From the NCBI GenBank assembly GCA_045633385.1, contig JAZQYE010000183.1, positions 1 through 41,023 on the forward strand: DNA of 41,023 bases, given 5' to 3'. Each line of letters begins with the position of its first letter. Position 1 is the stretch's first letter. The position numbers and the translations under genes are program-made. Shown here one piece after another: positions 23,202 to 32,714 of the stretch. Source of the DNA: Eubacteriales bacterium. Lineage in GTDB: Bacteria; Bacillota; Clostridia; Oscillospirales; CAG-272. The notes under the pieces were generated by a model that ran no database searches, was not told the DNA's origin, and saw only the letters and a list, made by a program, of their open reading frames with translations.

Positions 23202-25472
23202 ATGTTTGAGATCGATCGCATTTCGAGCGAGGTGACAAAGGCATTGCAGGATTGCGGAAAAACGGACGAGCTGTTGCTTGCCGCACACGCCGACCGCACC
23301 ACCGCGCACGAGGTTGGAAACGAATATCTGTTTGCCACCCGTGAGAGCTTGTTGATCCTACATATCCCGGTTGAGGAGACGGACGCTGAAAACTCCTTTG
23401 AACCGTACGTAACCGAATATCCCATTCGCGAATTCAAGCGTTTTGCCGTTGAGGAGCTCCTTTCCTCGGGGCGCTTGACGGCGCGGCGAGGCGAGGGAGA
23501 TGAACCCGTATTACTTGCGGCGTTTACCAATTTTTGCAAGGAATCGATGTTCCTGTTTGCAAAATACGCCAACAAGATCGCCGCAGGTGAGGAATTTGAG
23601 GTAGATGAAAAGGACGACCCCACCAATAAGCATTGTCCCAAATGCGGCTTGCGATACCCCGATATGAACCGTCGCATTTGCCCCCATTGTATGGAAAAGG
23701 GCAAGATCTTCCGCCGTTTTTCGGTGTTTTTGATGCGCTATCGTTGGTCGTTGCTCATTGCCGTGCTCTCACTGGTCATGTTGACCTCCATGAGCATTTT
23801 GGCACCGTATCTCTCCAGCGGATTTTTCTACGACGAGGTCATTTTCGGCGTAGAGGGAGTCAACCGCTTTGCGGGAGAGATCCTTTTGGTGCTCGGCTTG
23901 ATCATTGCCACGCGCGTGCTGAAAATGATTGCTACCATGATCAACAACTACATTACCTCGACCATTGCGGCAAAAATGGTGTTCGACCTCAAAAAGACCA
24001 TTTTTTCTGCCATTGAGCGTCTATCCCTCAGCTTTTTTACGGGCAGACAAACGGGCGGACTGATGACACAGGTCAACGAGGATGCCAATACCATTTATTC
24101 CTTCTTCTGTGACGGTGTGCCGTATATGCTCATCAACATCGTGCAGGTCATTGTGCTGGTGGTGTTGCTTTTGCTCATGCAACCCGTGCTGGCGTTGTTG
24201 TCACTTGTAACGGTGCCCGTGTTCCTGATCCTGATCAAATGGATGTACCGTCGCCAAAGAATGTATCACGCACGCAGATTTTCTAACTCCAAGCAGATGA
24301 ACGGCTTTCTTGCCGACGTCTTTTCAGGCGTGCGCGTGGTCAAGGCGTTCTCCAAGGAGCAGGAGGAGATCAAGCGCTTTACCTACCGTAACCAAAACCT
24401 TGCGGAAAGTGAAAAAAAGCAAGCACTCTTTTCCCATTACGCATGGCCCTTGGCACATCAGATCCTTTACGTTGGTAACATTGTGGCGTGGGGCGTTGGC
24501 GGTTGGATGATTATATCCAACGTTGGCGGCATGACTTACGGCTCGCTGTTGACCTTTATCGCCTATATGAACATGATCTTTTCTCCCCTGGAGTTCTTCG
24601 TTCACTTCTTTGACCAAACGGCAGATTGCTCCAACGCGTTGCAGCGTTTGTTTGAGATCATGGATGCAGAGCCCGACGTAGCGCAAAAGGAGAACCCCGA
24701 GCGTCCCGAGCATTTGGGCGGCGAGGTGGTCTTCGATCACGTTTCCTTCTCTTATCAAAAGGGCAAAAAGATCATTGATGACGTCAGCTTCGACGTTCCC
24801 GATGGGCATATCCTCGGTATCGTGGGACACACGGGCGCGGGCAAGAGTACGCTTGCCAACCTGTTGATGCGTATGTACGATGCGGAGGAGGGCGAGATCC
24901 GCATTGGCGGTTATCCCGTAAAGGATCTGGAGCTTGCCACGCTTTACCGTCACGTTGCCATCGTTTCGCAGGAGACCTACCTGTTTATGGGAACGATTTT
25001 GGAAAACATTCGTTACGCGCGTCCCGATGCTACCTACGAGGAGGTCATTGAGGCGGCAAAATGCGCAGGCGCACACGATTTTATCATGAAGCTTCCCGAT
25101 GCGTACGATACGCGCATCGGCTTTGGATACAAGGATCTTTCGGGCGGTGAGCGTCAACGCGTCTCTATTGCACGTGCTATTTTGAAAAATCCCAAGATCC
25201 TGATCTTGGACGAGGCGACCGCGGCTATGGATACGGGAACCGAGCGCAAGATACAGGAGGCGTTGAGCGAATTGATCAAGGGCAAGACCACGATCATGAT
25301 CGCACACCGCCTGTCCACTCTCCGCGATGCGGACGAATTGGTGGTCATTGAGCACGGCAAAGTCGCGGAGCGCGGCACGCACGAATCGCTGCTGCAAAAG
25401 GAGGACGGCATTTACAAAAAGCTGTTCACCCTGCAGGAAGAAGCACTTAAGAGTGCAGGAATCAGCGAGTGA
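23202..25472 (+). CDS. ABC exporter (TMD-NBD half transporter) with a ~180-aa N-terminal extension containing a 4-Cys zinc ribbon
   Basis: The start is set at MFEIDR, with GGGGGGAGAG upstream. CPKCG..(11)..CPHC lies just before TM1. The product has a six-helix TMD, Walker A GHTGAGKST, signature LSGGERQR and Walker B ILILDEAT. Confidence 0.9.
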   Translation: MFEIDRISSEVTKALQDCGKTDELLLAAHADRTTAHEVGNEYLFATRESLLILHIPVEETDAENSFEPYVTEYPIREFKRFAVEELLSSGRLTARRGEGDEPVLLAAFTNFCKESMFLFAKYANKIAAGEEFEVDEKDDPTNKHCPKCGLRYPDMNRRICPHCMEKGKIFRRFSVFLMRYRWSLLIAVLSLVMLTSMSILAPYLSSGFFYDEVIFGVEGVNRFAGEILLVLGLIIATRVLKMIATMINNYITSTIAAKMVFDLKKTIFSAIERLSLSFFTGRQTGGLMTQVNEDANTIYSFFCDGVPYMLINIVQVIVLVVLLLLMQPVLALLSLVTVPVFLILIKWMYRRQRMYHARRFSNSKQMNGFLADVFSGVRVVKAFSKEQEEIKRFTYRNQNLAESEKKQALFSHYAWPLAHQILYVGNIVAWGVGGWMIISNVGGMTYGSLLTFIAYMNMIFSPLEFFVHFFDQTADCSNALQRLFEIMDAEPDVAQKENPERPEHLGGEVVFDHVSFSYQKGKKIIDDVSFDVPDGHILGIVGHTGAGKSTLANLLMRMYDAEEGEIRIGGYPVKDLELATLYRHVAIVSQETYLFMGTILENIRYARPDATYEEVIEAAKCAGAHDFIMKLPDAYDTRIGFGYKDLSGGERQRVSIARAILKNPKILILDEATAAMDTGTERKIQEALSELIKGKTTIMIAHRLSTLRDADELVVIEHGKVAERGTHESLLQKEDGIYKKLFTLQEEALKSAGISE

Positions 25473-25488
25473 GAAAGGAGAAAAACGT

Positions 25489-26043
25489 ATGAGACCGCAC
25501 AGAGGAATGCGCAGAGAGGGCGCAGAGGGCGGCGAGCGCAAGAGCCGCTCGTTGGCAGAGCTTTCCGTTACCGTTTGGCTCACTCCCGAAAACGCCGCGT
25601 TTTACGTCAAAAACGATTTTTTACATATCAAGACCGAGGGGTACGAGGGCAGAGCCTTTTTGTGCCGACAGTTCCCGTTTGAATTGGAGTGGGAATTTAT
25701 CTCCGTGATCAACGAGGAAAAGGAGGAGGTCGGCATTATCCGCCGCCTTTCCTTGTTTGAGGGGGAGGCAGAGTCGCTTTTGCGCGAGGAGCTCCTGCGC
25801 CGCTATTACGCGCCCGTTATCGACCGCATCTACTCGGTCAAGGAGCGTTACGGCTTTTCCTATTGGAAGGTGCACACCGCCGAGGGGAACGTCAGCTTTA
25901 CCCTGCACGATACCTATCGAAGCCTGATCCACGCATCGCAAACGCATATCATTTTGCTGGACGTAAACGGCAATCGATTTGAGATCCCCGATACCGACGC
26001 GCTCGATCGCAAGAGTCACAAAAAGATCGAGCTGTACCTGTAA
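25489..26043 (+). CDS. DUF1854-like small cytoplasmic protein
   Basis: AAAGGAG lies 8 nt upstream of the ATG at 25489. The 184-aa product has no TM helix and sits between two ABC genes, which is the context I recall for DUF1854. The family call comes from memory of sequence character and context. Confidence 0.7.
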   Translation: MRPHRGMRREGAEGGERKSRSLAELSVTVWLTPENAAFYVKNDFLHIKTEGYEGRAFLCRQFPFELEWEFISVINEEKEEVGIIRRLSLFEGEAESLLREELLRRYYAPVIDRIYSVKERYGFSYWKVHTAEGNVSFTLHDTYRSLIHASQTHIILLDVNGNRFEIPDTDALDRKSHKKIELYL

Positions 26044-26053
26044 AGGAGAAGGT

Positions 26054-28273
26054 ATGAGCAATATTCGTTCAAGCATCTTAAATGAGGTCAAGCGGCTGGC
26101 ACCCGATATTGCAGAGGAGGAGCTCGTTGAGGTCTTTGTGGGGAACCTTGATTTTAAGGAAGCGACCAAGCGTGCAAAAACGGTGGTCATTCTCACCAAG
26201 CAAACGCTTTTCGTTTACACAAAGGACGAGCTCTATTTGCAAGAGGCGCAAAGCAATATTCAAAGCTTTGCCGTATGCCATGGCGTGGGCTGCTGTTACG
26301 TGGAATACACGCGCGCGGATAGTGGCGAGATCGTTTGCTGTGCACGCGCCGACAATCGGCATCAAAACGCGCTCGGTCAGGCTGTTAAGCGCATGAACCA
26401 CTTTTTGCGCTACGGTGACGTTGATTTCTCTCGTATGAAAAAAGCGGAGGAGGCGACCTGCCCCAAGTGCGGCAAGCCCTATCCGCACGGTACGCGCGTT
26501 TGCCCCCGTTGTGCCTCCAAGGCACGCGCCGTTGGGCGACTTTTGGGACTTGCAAAAAAAGAGTGGTGGCGTATTGCAATATCTGTAGTGCTCTTTTTTG
26601 TGAGTACGGGCGTGAGCATCGTTATTCCCATGATCAACCGTGTCATGGTGGACGATTACATTCAAAACAACACCGTAGAGCCTTCAAGCGTTGTGCTGTT
26701 GGGCTTTTTGGGCATTGTGTTTTCGCTGTTGGGCGCCAATATCCTGCGCCGCTTGATCGGTATGGGGCGCAACTACTTTTTGACCATAGCAGGCAATAAC
26801 CTTATCGTGCGCTTGCGCGATGCGGTATTTTGCAAGATCCAAGAGCTTTCCATCGCCAAGGTGTCCTCGCGCACGTCGGGCGAATTGATGAAGCGTGTCA
26901 ACGGTGACACACGGCAGATCAAGCAATTTTTGATCAATCAGATCCCCAACATTTTAGAGCAGATCCTGCTCTTGATCTCTATTTCGATCATTCTGTTCGT
27001 ATATGACCCGCTCATGGCGCTCCTGATTCTGGTGCCCATGCCCTTGGTAGCGCTTGCGTTCCGTTTGTTCTGGCGCTTTATGCGCGTCATGTTCAACCGC
27101 CGCTGGCAGGTCAATTCGCAGGCAAGTGCCATTTTGCACGATATCTTTTCGGGTATTCGCGTGGTCAAGGCCTACGGTATGGAAAAACGCGAGGAAGAAC
27201 GCTTTGTCAACATGGCGGCGCAAGAGAAGGAGCTTCAATTGCGCATCGAACGCTTTTGGGCGGTATTGATGCCTCTGTTGCATTTCTTAATGGGTTTTGG
27301 CGAGTTCGTTCTGCTGTACTACGTGGGCAGGCAAATGCTCAACGGACAAATGACGGCAGGTGAAATGTCGCAGTTCTCCTCTTACACCTCCATGGTGTTC
27401 GGCCCCTTGATGGCATTGATGAACTTCCCGCGTCAGTTCATGCATATGATGACCTCGCTTACGCGCGTGTATGAGATCATGGACGAGACGGTGGACGTGG
27501 AAAACGGCGAGCAACAGCAGCTCAATGACCTGCAAGGCTACATCGACGTCAACCACGTGGCGTTTGGTTACGAGGAATCGGACGAGGTTTTGCACGACGT
27601 GGATCTGCACGTCAAGCCGGGTGAGTTCATCGGCTTGGTCGGTAAATCGGGCGTTGGAAAATCGACGCTGATCAACCTCATTATGCGTATGTACGACGTG
27701 GACGAGGGCTCTATCTGCATTGACGGCGTGGACGTGCGCAACATTTCGCAAGAGGCTCTGCGCTCGCAAATGGGCGTGGTATTGCAGGAGAATTTCCTGT
27801 TTACCGGTTCGGTCTATCAAAACCTGACCTACGCCAAGCCGACCGCTACGCGCGAGGAGGTCATTCAAGCCGCAAAAATGGCAGGTGCACACGAGTTTAT
27901 CATTCGCTTGCCCGATGGTTACAATACCTACGTGGGCGAAAAGGGACACACCCTTTCGGGCGGTGAGCGCCAGCGCATCTCCATTGCGCGCGCCCTGTTG
28001 CACAACCCCAAGATCCTGATTTTGGACGAGGCGACCGCGTCGCTGGATACCGAGACCGAAAAGCTGATTCAGGACGCCTTGGCGATGCTTTCTTCGGGGC
28101 GTACCACCATTGCCATTGCGCACCGTCTGTCCACCCTGCGCAACGCAACGCGTCTGGTGGTAATGGATAAGGGCACAATCGCGGAGATTGGTACACACGA
28201 CGAGCTGATGGAAAAGGAAGGCATTTATTACGGCTTGGTCATGGCGCAAAGAGAAATGACAAAAATGAACTGA
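26054..28273 (+). CDS. ABC exporter (TMD-NBD half transporter) with a ~170-aa N-terminal extension containing a 4-Cys zinc ribbon
   Basis: The start is set at MSNIRSS, with AAAGGAGAAGG upstream. CPKCG..(10)..CPRC lies before TM1. It has Walker A GKSGVGKST, signature LSGGERQR and Walker B ILILDEAT. Confidence 0.9.
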   Translation: MSNIRSSILNEVKRLAPDIAEEELVEVFVGNLDFKEATKRAKTVVILTKQTLFVYTKDELYLQEAQSNIQSFAVCHGVGCCYVEYTRADSGEIVCCARADNRHQNALGQAVKRMNHFLRYGDVDFSRMKKAEEATCPKCGKPYPHGTRVCPRCASKARAVGRLLGLAKKEWWRIAISVVLFFVSTGVSIVIPMINRVMVDDYIQNNTVEPSSVVLLGFLGIVFSLLGANILRRLIGMGRNYFLTIAGNNLIVRLRDAVFCKIQELSIAKVSSRTSGELMKRVNGDTRQIKQFLINQIPNILEQILLLISISIILFVYDPLMALLILVPMPLVALAFRLFWRFMRVMFNRRWQVNSQASAILHDIFSGIRVVKAYGMEKREEERFVNMAAQEKELQLRIERFWAVLMPLLHFLMGFGEFVLLYYVGRQMLNGQMTAGEMSQFSSYTSMVFGPLMALMNFPRQFMHMMTSLTRVYEIMDETVDVENGEQQQLNDLQGYIDVNHVAFGYEESDEVLHDVDLHVKPGEFIGLVGKSGVGKSTLINLIMRMYDVDEGSICIDGVDVRNISQEALRSQMGVVLQENFLFTGSVYQNLTYAKPTATREEVIQAAKMAGAHEFIIRLPDGYNTYVGEKGHTLSGGERQRISIARALLHNPKILILDEATASLDTETEKLIQDALAMLSSGRTTIAIAHRLSTLRNATRLVVMDKGTIAEIGTHDELMEKEGIYYGLVMAQREMTKMN

Positions 28274-28285
28274 TTTTTCCTTACA

Positions 28286-28340
28286 GAAAAGAGAGAGCTG
28301 AACGGACGATGTTTCCGCGTTGCTCTCTCTTTTCTTTTTA
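28286..28340 (+). terminator. Rho-independent terminator of the ABC cassette
   Basis: GAAAAGAGAGAGC (28286-28298) pairs with GCTCTCTCTTTTC (28322-28334) and is followed by TTTTT. Confidence 0.7.
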
Positions 28341-28421
28341 TTGTCGGTTTTGTATTTGCATCGTGAAGCAGAATCCTGTGGTGCTTTTCAAATCTCCACA
28401 TTGTGCGTTTTGGAATGAGGG

Positions 28422-29741
28422 TTATACGGAACCCTTCTTTTTGCTGTTGCAGACTTTTATCAGATAAATACCTGCCGCAACTACAAAGTCGATGACGATG
28501 AGCACATATAGGATAGACTCTACCGTTTGATAGATGGATCTTGCATTGCTAACGGCACGCTCGCTAATGACCGTTACGGGCATTTGATCCTCCGACGACG
28601 GGGTGAATTCGATCAGCCAATAAAGATCGGGATTGTAGCAGTAGATGCAAATATCCTCTCCGCTTGAGTTTTGTATTCCGCCATATATTTTTTGATGCCC
28701 AAACGTATCACCGGGGAACTCGGGATGGCTTGGAGGTATGGTCAGAGGCTCGCCGTTTACAAGAGGCGTGCCGTAGATGTCTCTGTACCAATTGTCATAA
28801 TCGTTTTCTACAAACGCCTTGAAATCGTTGCAATCCTCAAAAACGTTTATTTCCAAGAACCTCTTCCAGTCAACAAAGCTCCAAACGACGGCACATACGA
28901 CCAAAATCAGTGCGATGGCAGTTGCCGCAAAAAGTGTTTTTTTCAGTAGCTTTTTATTTTGTTCGAGCTGTTCCCGTTGCTTTTCGTTAAGAACCAATAA
29001 GCTGCAGTTACAGAGAATTTTGCGAATGCGGAACGTGTAAATGATATAGCAAACAACAAAAGCAATTGACATATAGAGAAGACCGTAGACCACCCATCCG
29101 TCAAATGCCAAGCCATAATTTGCGCCGTTGATAAGCGTTATAATCGGCAAACAGAACGCAAGGGTCATGAGTATGATGAAGAATATCTTTACCGAGTTGC
29201 GCACCATATCGGAGTTTGCGTTTTTGATTTTTTCGACGTATTCTGTCTCCTCCTCGTCAATGAGCAATCTGAAACTCACGGTAAAGCAGATCTGACATAT
29301 TGTAGCTGCTACGAAGAATATGCTTGCAAGGCAAAAGCCGAGCAGACCTTTTGAAAAGCCGAGATTGCATATCATTGCGGTTATCAAGCCTACGACGGTA
29401 AGACCAATTGAAATAAAGGAGAGGTTGGTAAACTTCTTTTTTCTGCTGTAGAGCATCAGCTTGAACTGCTTATCGCTTTTGGCTTTATGCTTACTTGATG
29501 TTTCCTCCGATGTTGTTTCGCGGTCGGGGTTATTTCGTTCTCCGCGCAAAAGCTCGTCGGTTGTGATGCCGAAGATCTCTGCGATCGAAGGGATTAGTGA
29601 AAGCTCCGGCGTACACTCGTCGCACTCCCATCGGCTCACCGTTTTATCTGAAACAAAGAGTTTTTCGCCGAGCTCCTTTTGTGTTATGCCGTTGGCTTTA
29701 CGCAAAGCCGATATGAATTTGCCTATTGTTTTCTTTTCCAT
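28422..29741 (-). CDS. Membrane-anchored XRE-family (HTH_3) regulator, long form with extracytoplasmic C-terminal domain
   Basis: The start is set at MEKKTIGKFISALRKANGITQKELGEKLFVSDKTVSRWE, with GAGGAGG upstream. Multiple TM helices are followed by a soluble segment of about 110 aa and a final TM helix. It sits in lower-GC sequence. Confidence 0.85.
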   Translation of the reverse strand: MEKKTIGKFISALRKANGITQKELGEKLFVSDKTVSRWECDECTPELSLIPSIAEIFGITTDELLRGERNNPDRETTSEETSSKHKAKSDKQFKLMLYSRKKKFTNLSFISIGLTVVGLITAMICNLGFSKGLLGFCLASIFFVAATICQICFTVSFRLLIDEEETEYVEKIKNANSDMVRNSVKIFFIILMTLAFCLPIITLINGANYGLAFDGWVVYGLLYMSIAFVVCYIIYTFRIRKILCNCSLLVLNEKQREQLEQNKKLLKKTLFAATAIALILVVCAVVWSFVDWKRFLEINVFEDCNDFKAFVENDYDNWYRDIYGTPLVNGEPLTIPPSHPEFPGDTFGHQKIYGGIQNSSGEDICIYCYNPDLYWLIEFTPSSEDQMPVTVISERAVSNARSIYQTVESILYVLIVIDFVVAAGIYLIKVCNSKKKGSV

Positions 29742-29779
29742 AGTATGCCTCCTCGAAATTCGGGTGTTCTTATGCTTAC

Positions 29780-29808
29780 ATTCTATCATTTCGTCAGAAG
29801 GAATGCAA
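29780..29808 (-). promoter_or_regulatory. Candidate promoter for the long XRE-membrane gene (TTGCAT-17-TAGAAT, TGn)
   Basis: On the minus strand, TTGCAT is at 29808-29803 and TGATAGAAT spans 29788-29780. Confidence 0.5.
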
Positions 29809-29904
29809 CCCTTAAACAAAGGAATCGCTCTCTAAATGCGAGAATTGTCTGTTTTTGTATGTGTGCAAAGCTTTGATGACAGCATTCCGTTATCAAATGC
29901 AAGT

Positions 29905-29943
29905 AAAAAAACCGACCTGCAATGATTTTTGATCACAGGTCGG
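29905..29943 (-). terminator. Rho-independent terminator of the acyltransferase gene
   Basis: On the minus strand, CCGACCTG pairs with CAGGTCGG (8-bp stem, plus-strand 29912-29919 / 29936-29943) and is followed by TTTTTTT (plus-strand A-run 29905-29911). Confidence 0.7.
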
Positions 29944-29964
29944 CTTTGAAAAACAGGATAAAGC

Positions 29965-31245
29965 TTATGCCTTGTCTGCAGGCTTTTTTTGAGCAGCGCG
30001 CTCATAAAGGATCTCGGTTGCAAACGCCAATTTGGTAATGACGTTTTGCTTTTTGGGGTAGCAGTAGAAGGAGTCGTTTTCCACCGAAATATCAAAGCAA
30101 TCGGCGGCTTTGACGTAGCACCAATCGTATTCGATGTGAAGGCTGTTGTTTTGAATGGGCAGACGTTGAATGCGGTAATCCTCTCCGTTATAGTGACCCG
30201 TAAGGATAAAGCCGTTTTGCTCGTCGTGCGTGACCTTGGCATCTCCAAGGTGGTCGAATTTCCAACAACGTGGCTGCGAATATACGTCTACATCGTCGCT
30301 AAAGGAGTATTCGCCGCGCTCGATCTCAGCTTTGACCTGCTCACGCTCCCACAAATACCAATCGGGCACGTGCGTAAATTCGGTCTCGCCCTCGGTCGCG
30401 CGCAGATCTCCGTTTTCGCACAGCTCCCAGCGCTTGCCGCAGGCGGTGCAAAAGACGTGCGTCCCTTCGGAGGACATCGCCTCTTTTTTGCAATGCGGGC
30501 ATTGGTAAAGGATCTTGTGCAAGCCCTCTGCGCGGTAGGGCTCGGTGATCAGGATATTGTTCTCTTTTTGGTACTCGTATTCGTTGTACGAGAGTGCTTT
30601 TTTGAGGTGCTCGTTGATCTGGGCTACGCTCATGGCGTCGATCTGCTCGGGCGTGAGCGAGAGGGTAGCAACGGTATGGAGCGGAACCTTACGCGGCTTG
30701 CGGAAGTTCCAAAAGGGGGAGTGCAGGTGATTGCCGTGGTGAACGATGGTCATAACGGGCACACGTGCACGCTTGACCAATGCACCCATCGAATCGGGCA
30801 TATAAGAGGTGATACCGCAGGGGGAGTAGCGCGCCTCGGGGTACATACAAAGCACGTCACCGCGACGGAGCACGTGGTAGATCGATTTGATCAGTGCAAG
30901 GTCGGTAATGTACTTTCGCGTACCAATGGCGCCAATGAGCTCCATGAGCCACGGGCGGCGGTAAAAGCCGTCAAGCGCCACCACGTTGTTTACGCGATGC
31001 GGCGTGGTGATCATTGCGGCGAGCTCAAAATCGATGAAATACATGTGATTGGAAAGGATGATGTAGGGGGGCTTGAGACCTTCCAGACCGATTTTTTCGA
31101 TCTTGTATTTTTTGCCAATGAGCAGGATCTTGGAAAGTACCCAGATCAAATAGACGAAAAACAGGGGCTGACGGATGGGGCGTCGCGCGTAGTTGTAGCG
31201 CTTTTTGTTTTTGTAATTGACGTCGATGTTTCCGTTTTGAGTCAT
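29965..31245 (-). CDS. Lysophospholipid (PlsC-family) acyltransferase with C-terminal zinc-ribbon-containing domain
   Basis: The start is set at MTQNGNIDV, with GGAGGAA upstream. It has the HxxxxD acyltransferase motif (SNHMYFIDFE), a second block YPEARYS, and CPHC..(13)..CTAC in the C-terminal half. Confidence 0.8.
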   Translation of the reverse strand: MTQNGNIDVNYKNKKRYNYARRPIRQPLFFVYLIWVLSKILLIGKKYKIEKIGLEGLKPPYIILSNHMYFIDFELAAMITTPHRVNNVVALDGFYRRPWLMELIGAIGTRKYITDLALIKSIYHVLRRGDVLCMYPEARYSPCGITSYMPDSMGALVKRARVPVMTIVHHGNHLHSPFWNFRKPRKVPLHTVATLSLTPEQIDAMSVAQINEHLKKALSYNEYEYQKENNILITEPYRAEGLHKILYQCPHCKKEAMSSEGTHVFCTACGKRWELCENGDLRATEGETEFTHVPDWYLWEREQVKAEIERGEYSFSDDVDVYSQPRCWKFDHLGDAKVTHDEQNGFILTGHYNGEDYRIQRLPIQNNSLHIEYDWCYVKAADCFDISVENDSFYCYPKKQNVITKLAFATEILYERAAQKKPADKA

Positions 31246-31342
31246 AGTTCCTCCGTTTAATTTGACGTTGTGGTCACCTTGAGCATTATAGCATATTTTG
31301 TCGAATAAATCAAGCATTTTTTTAAGATTGATGAAAAACAGA

Positions 31343-31371
31343 TTGCTTTTTTTGCACTTTGGTGTTATAAT
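31343..31371 (+). promoter_or_regulatory. Candidate promoter for the alpha/beta hydrolase (TTGCTT-17-TATAAT, TGn)
   Basis: TTGCTT is at 31343-31348 and TGTTATAAT at 31363-31371. Confidence 0.5.
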
Positions 31372-31402
31372 GTATAGGCAAAGCAACAAAACGGAGGTTA
31401 TT

Positions 31403-32335
31403 ATGATTTTTTTATATATTTTGGCAGGGCTTTTGGCGTTGGTGCTTGCTACCTCGCTGATTTGCTTTTTGCGTATTTTTTACAATCCGCGCCGCGAAAA
31501 AACACCCGAATATCCTCTGCCCGCAGGGGAGATTTATGAACCGCATCACGAACAAATGATCGAATGGATCAAAAGGGCGCACTCTTTACCGCACACCGAG
31601 GTCAGCATTCGCTCACACGATGGGTTAAAGCTTTGCGGTACGTATTACGAATTTGAAAAAGGAGCACCGATCGATATTCTGTTCCACGGTTATCACGGCT
31701 GTGCCAAGCAGGATCTTTCGGGCGGCGTATTCCGTTGCCGCGCGCTGGGGCACAACGTGCTTATTGTCGATCATCGCGCTGCAGGAAAGAGCGAGGGTCA
31801 TGTGATCACCTTTGGCATCAATGAGAGTCGTGATTGTGTCGCATGGGCGCACTATGTGGCAAGAGAAATCGATCCCAACGCCAAGATCTTTTTGGGCGGC
31901 ATTTCCATGGGGGCGGCAACGGTTTTGATGGCATCGGCAATGGAGCTGCCCACAAACGTGGTGGGTACGGTTGCCGATTGTGGCTATACCTCTGCACGCG
32001 ATATCATCAAAAAGGTCATTCGCGATATGCACCTGCCTGCCGATCTGCTCTATCCCTTTGTGCGCATAGGTGCGCGGTTGTTTGGTAGATTTGATCCCGA
32101 TGAAAATTCTCCCATCGCTTCTATGCCCAACTGCCGCTTGCCCGTTATCTTCTTCCACGGCGAAACCGATGCCTTTGTGCCGATTTCCATGAGCCGTGAG
32201 AACTATGAGGCTTGTACGGCATCCAAGCACTTTGTCATTACGCCAAATGCAGGGCACGGACTGTGTTTTCCCGTTGATCCCCCCACCTATGTTCGGGAGA
32301 TCAAAGCGTTTTTTGAGCCTTTAATAGGAGAATAA
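31403..32335 (+). CDS. Membrane-anchored alpha/beta hydrolase
   Basis: The start is set at MIFLYILAGLLALVL (an N-terminal TM helix), with GGAGG upstream. It has the nucleophile elbow GISMGA, plus D and H candidates (HGETDAFV, GHG). Confidence 0.8.
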   Translation: MIFLYILAGLLALVLATSLICFLRIFYNPRREKTPEYPLPAGEIYEPHHEQMIEWIKRAHSLPHTEVSIRSHDGLKLCGTYYEFEKGAPIDILFHGYHGCAKQDLSGGVFRCRALGHNVLIVDHRAAGKSEGHVITFGINESRDCVAWAHYVAREIDPNAKIFLGGISMGAATVLMASAMELPTNVVGTVADCGYTSARDIIKKVIRDMHLPADLLYPFVRIGARLFGRFDPDENSPIASMPNCRLPVIFFHGETDAFVPISMSRENYEACTASKHFVITPNAGHGLCFPVDPPTYVREIKAFFEPLIGE

Positions 32336-32663
32336 AGAGATTTGAACGGGATGGCTTGCGAGGAAGTTTTTGCAAAAAATCCCCACGCCTCTTAAAACCT
32401 ATGCAAAGAGAAGAGCGATGAATCCCTGCTTTTCAGAGAGGAGCTGTCACATTTGACGAGACCGAAAAAGCCCGTGGGAAAAAGAAAAAAAGCCCCACTC
32501 GCCGTCAAAAACGAAAAATGAGACAGGATAAGGTTGAATTTCTTCGAAATTCTCCAAATATTTACGGGCTTTTTCTATCGTCGCTTTTGGGGCTCGACGT
32601 ACCCACGTACGCCTCACGTCCCAAAATCGACAATTCTCGCCTAAATCTGCCTAGCCACTTTGG

Positions 32664-32702
32664 GGGTGTCTCAAATTTTGCATTTGAGACACCCATTTTT
32701 TT
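32664..32702 (+). terminator. Orphan plus-strand Rho-independent terminator
   Basis: GGGTGTCTCAAA-TTTTGCA-TTTGAGACACCC is followed by ATTTTTTT. It lies 330 nt downstream of the nearest plus-strand CDS. Confidence 0.6.
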
Positions 32703-32714
32703 ATCACTTGAAAA

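Noticed and set aside
23247-23262. QDCG motif near the N-terminus of the first ABC transporter, considered as a C39 bacteriocin-processing peptidase Cys motif
   Set aside because: The surrounding sequence lacks the C39 His and Asp blocks at the expected spacing. The domain ends in a zinc ribbon instead. The adjacent micro-ORF has no double-glycine leader.
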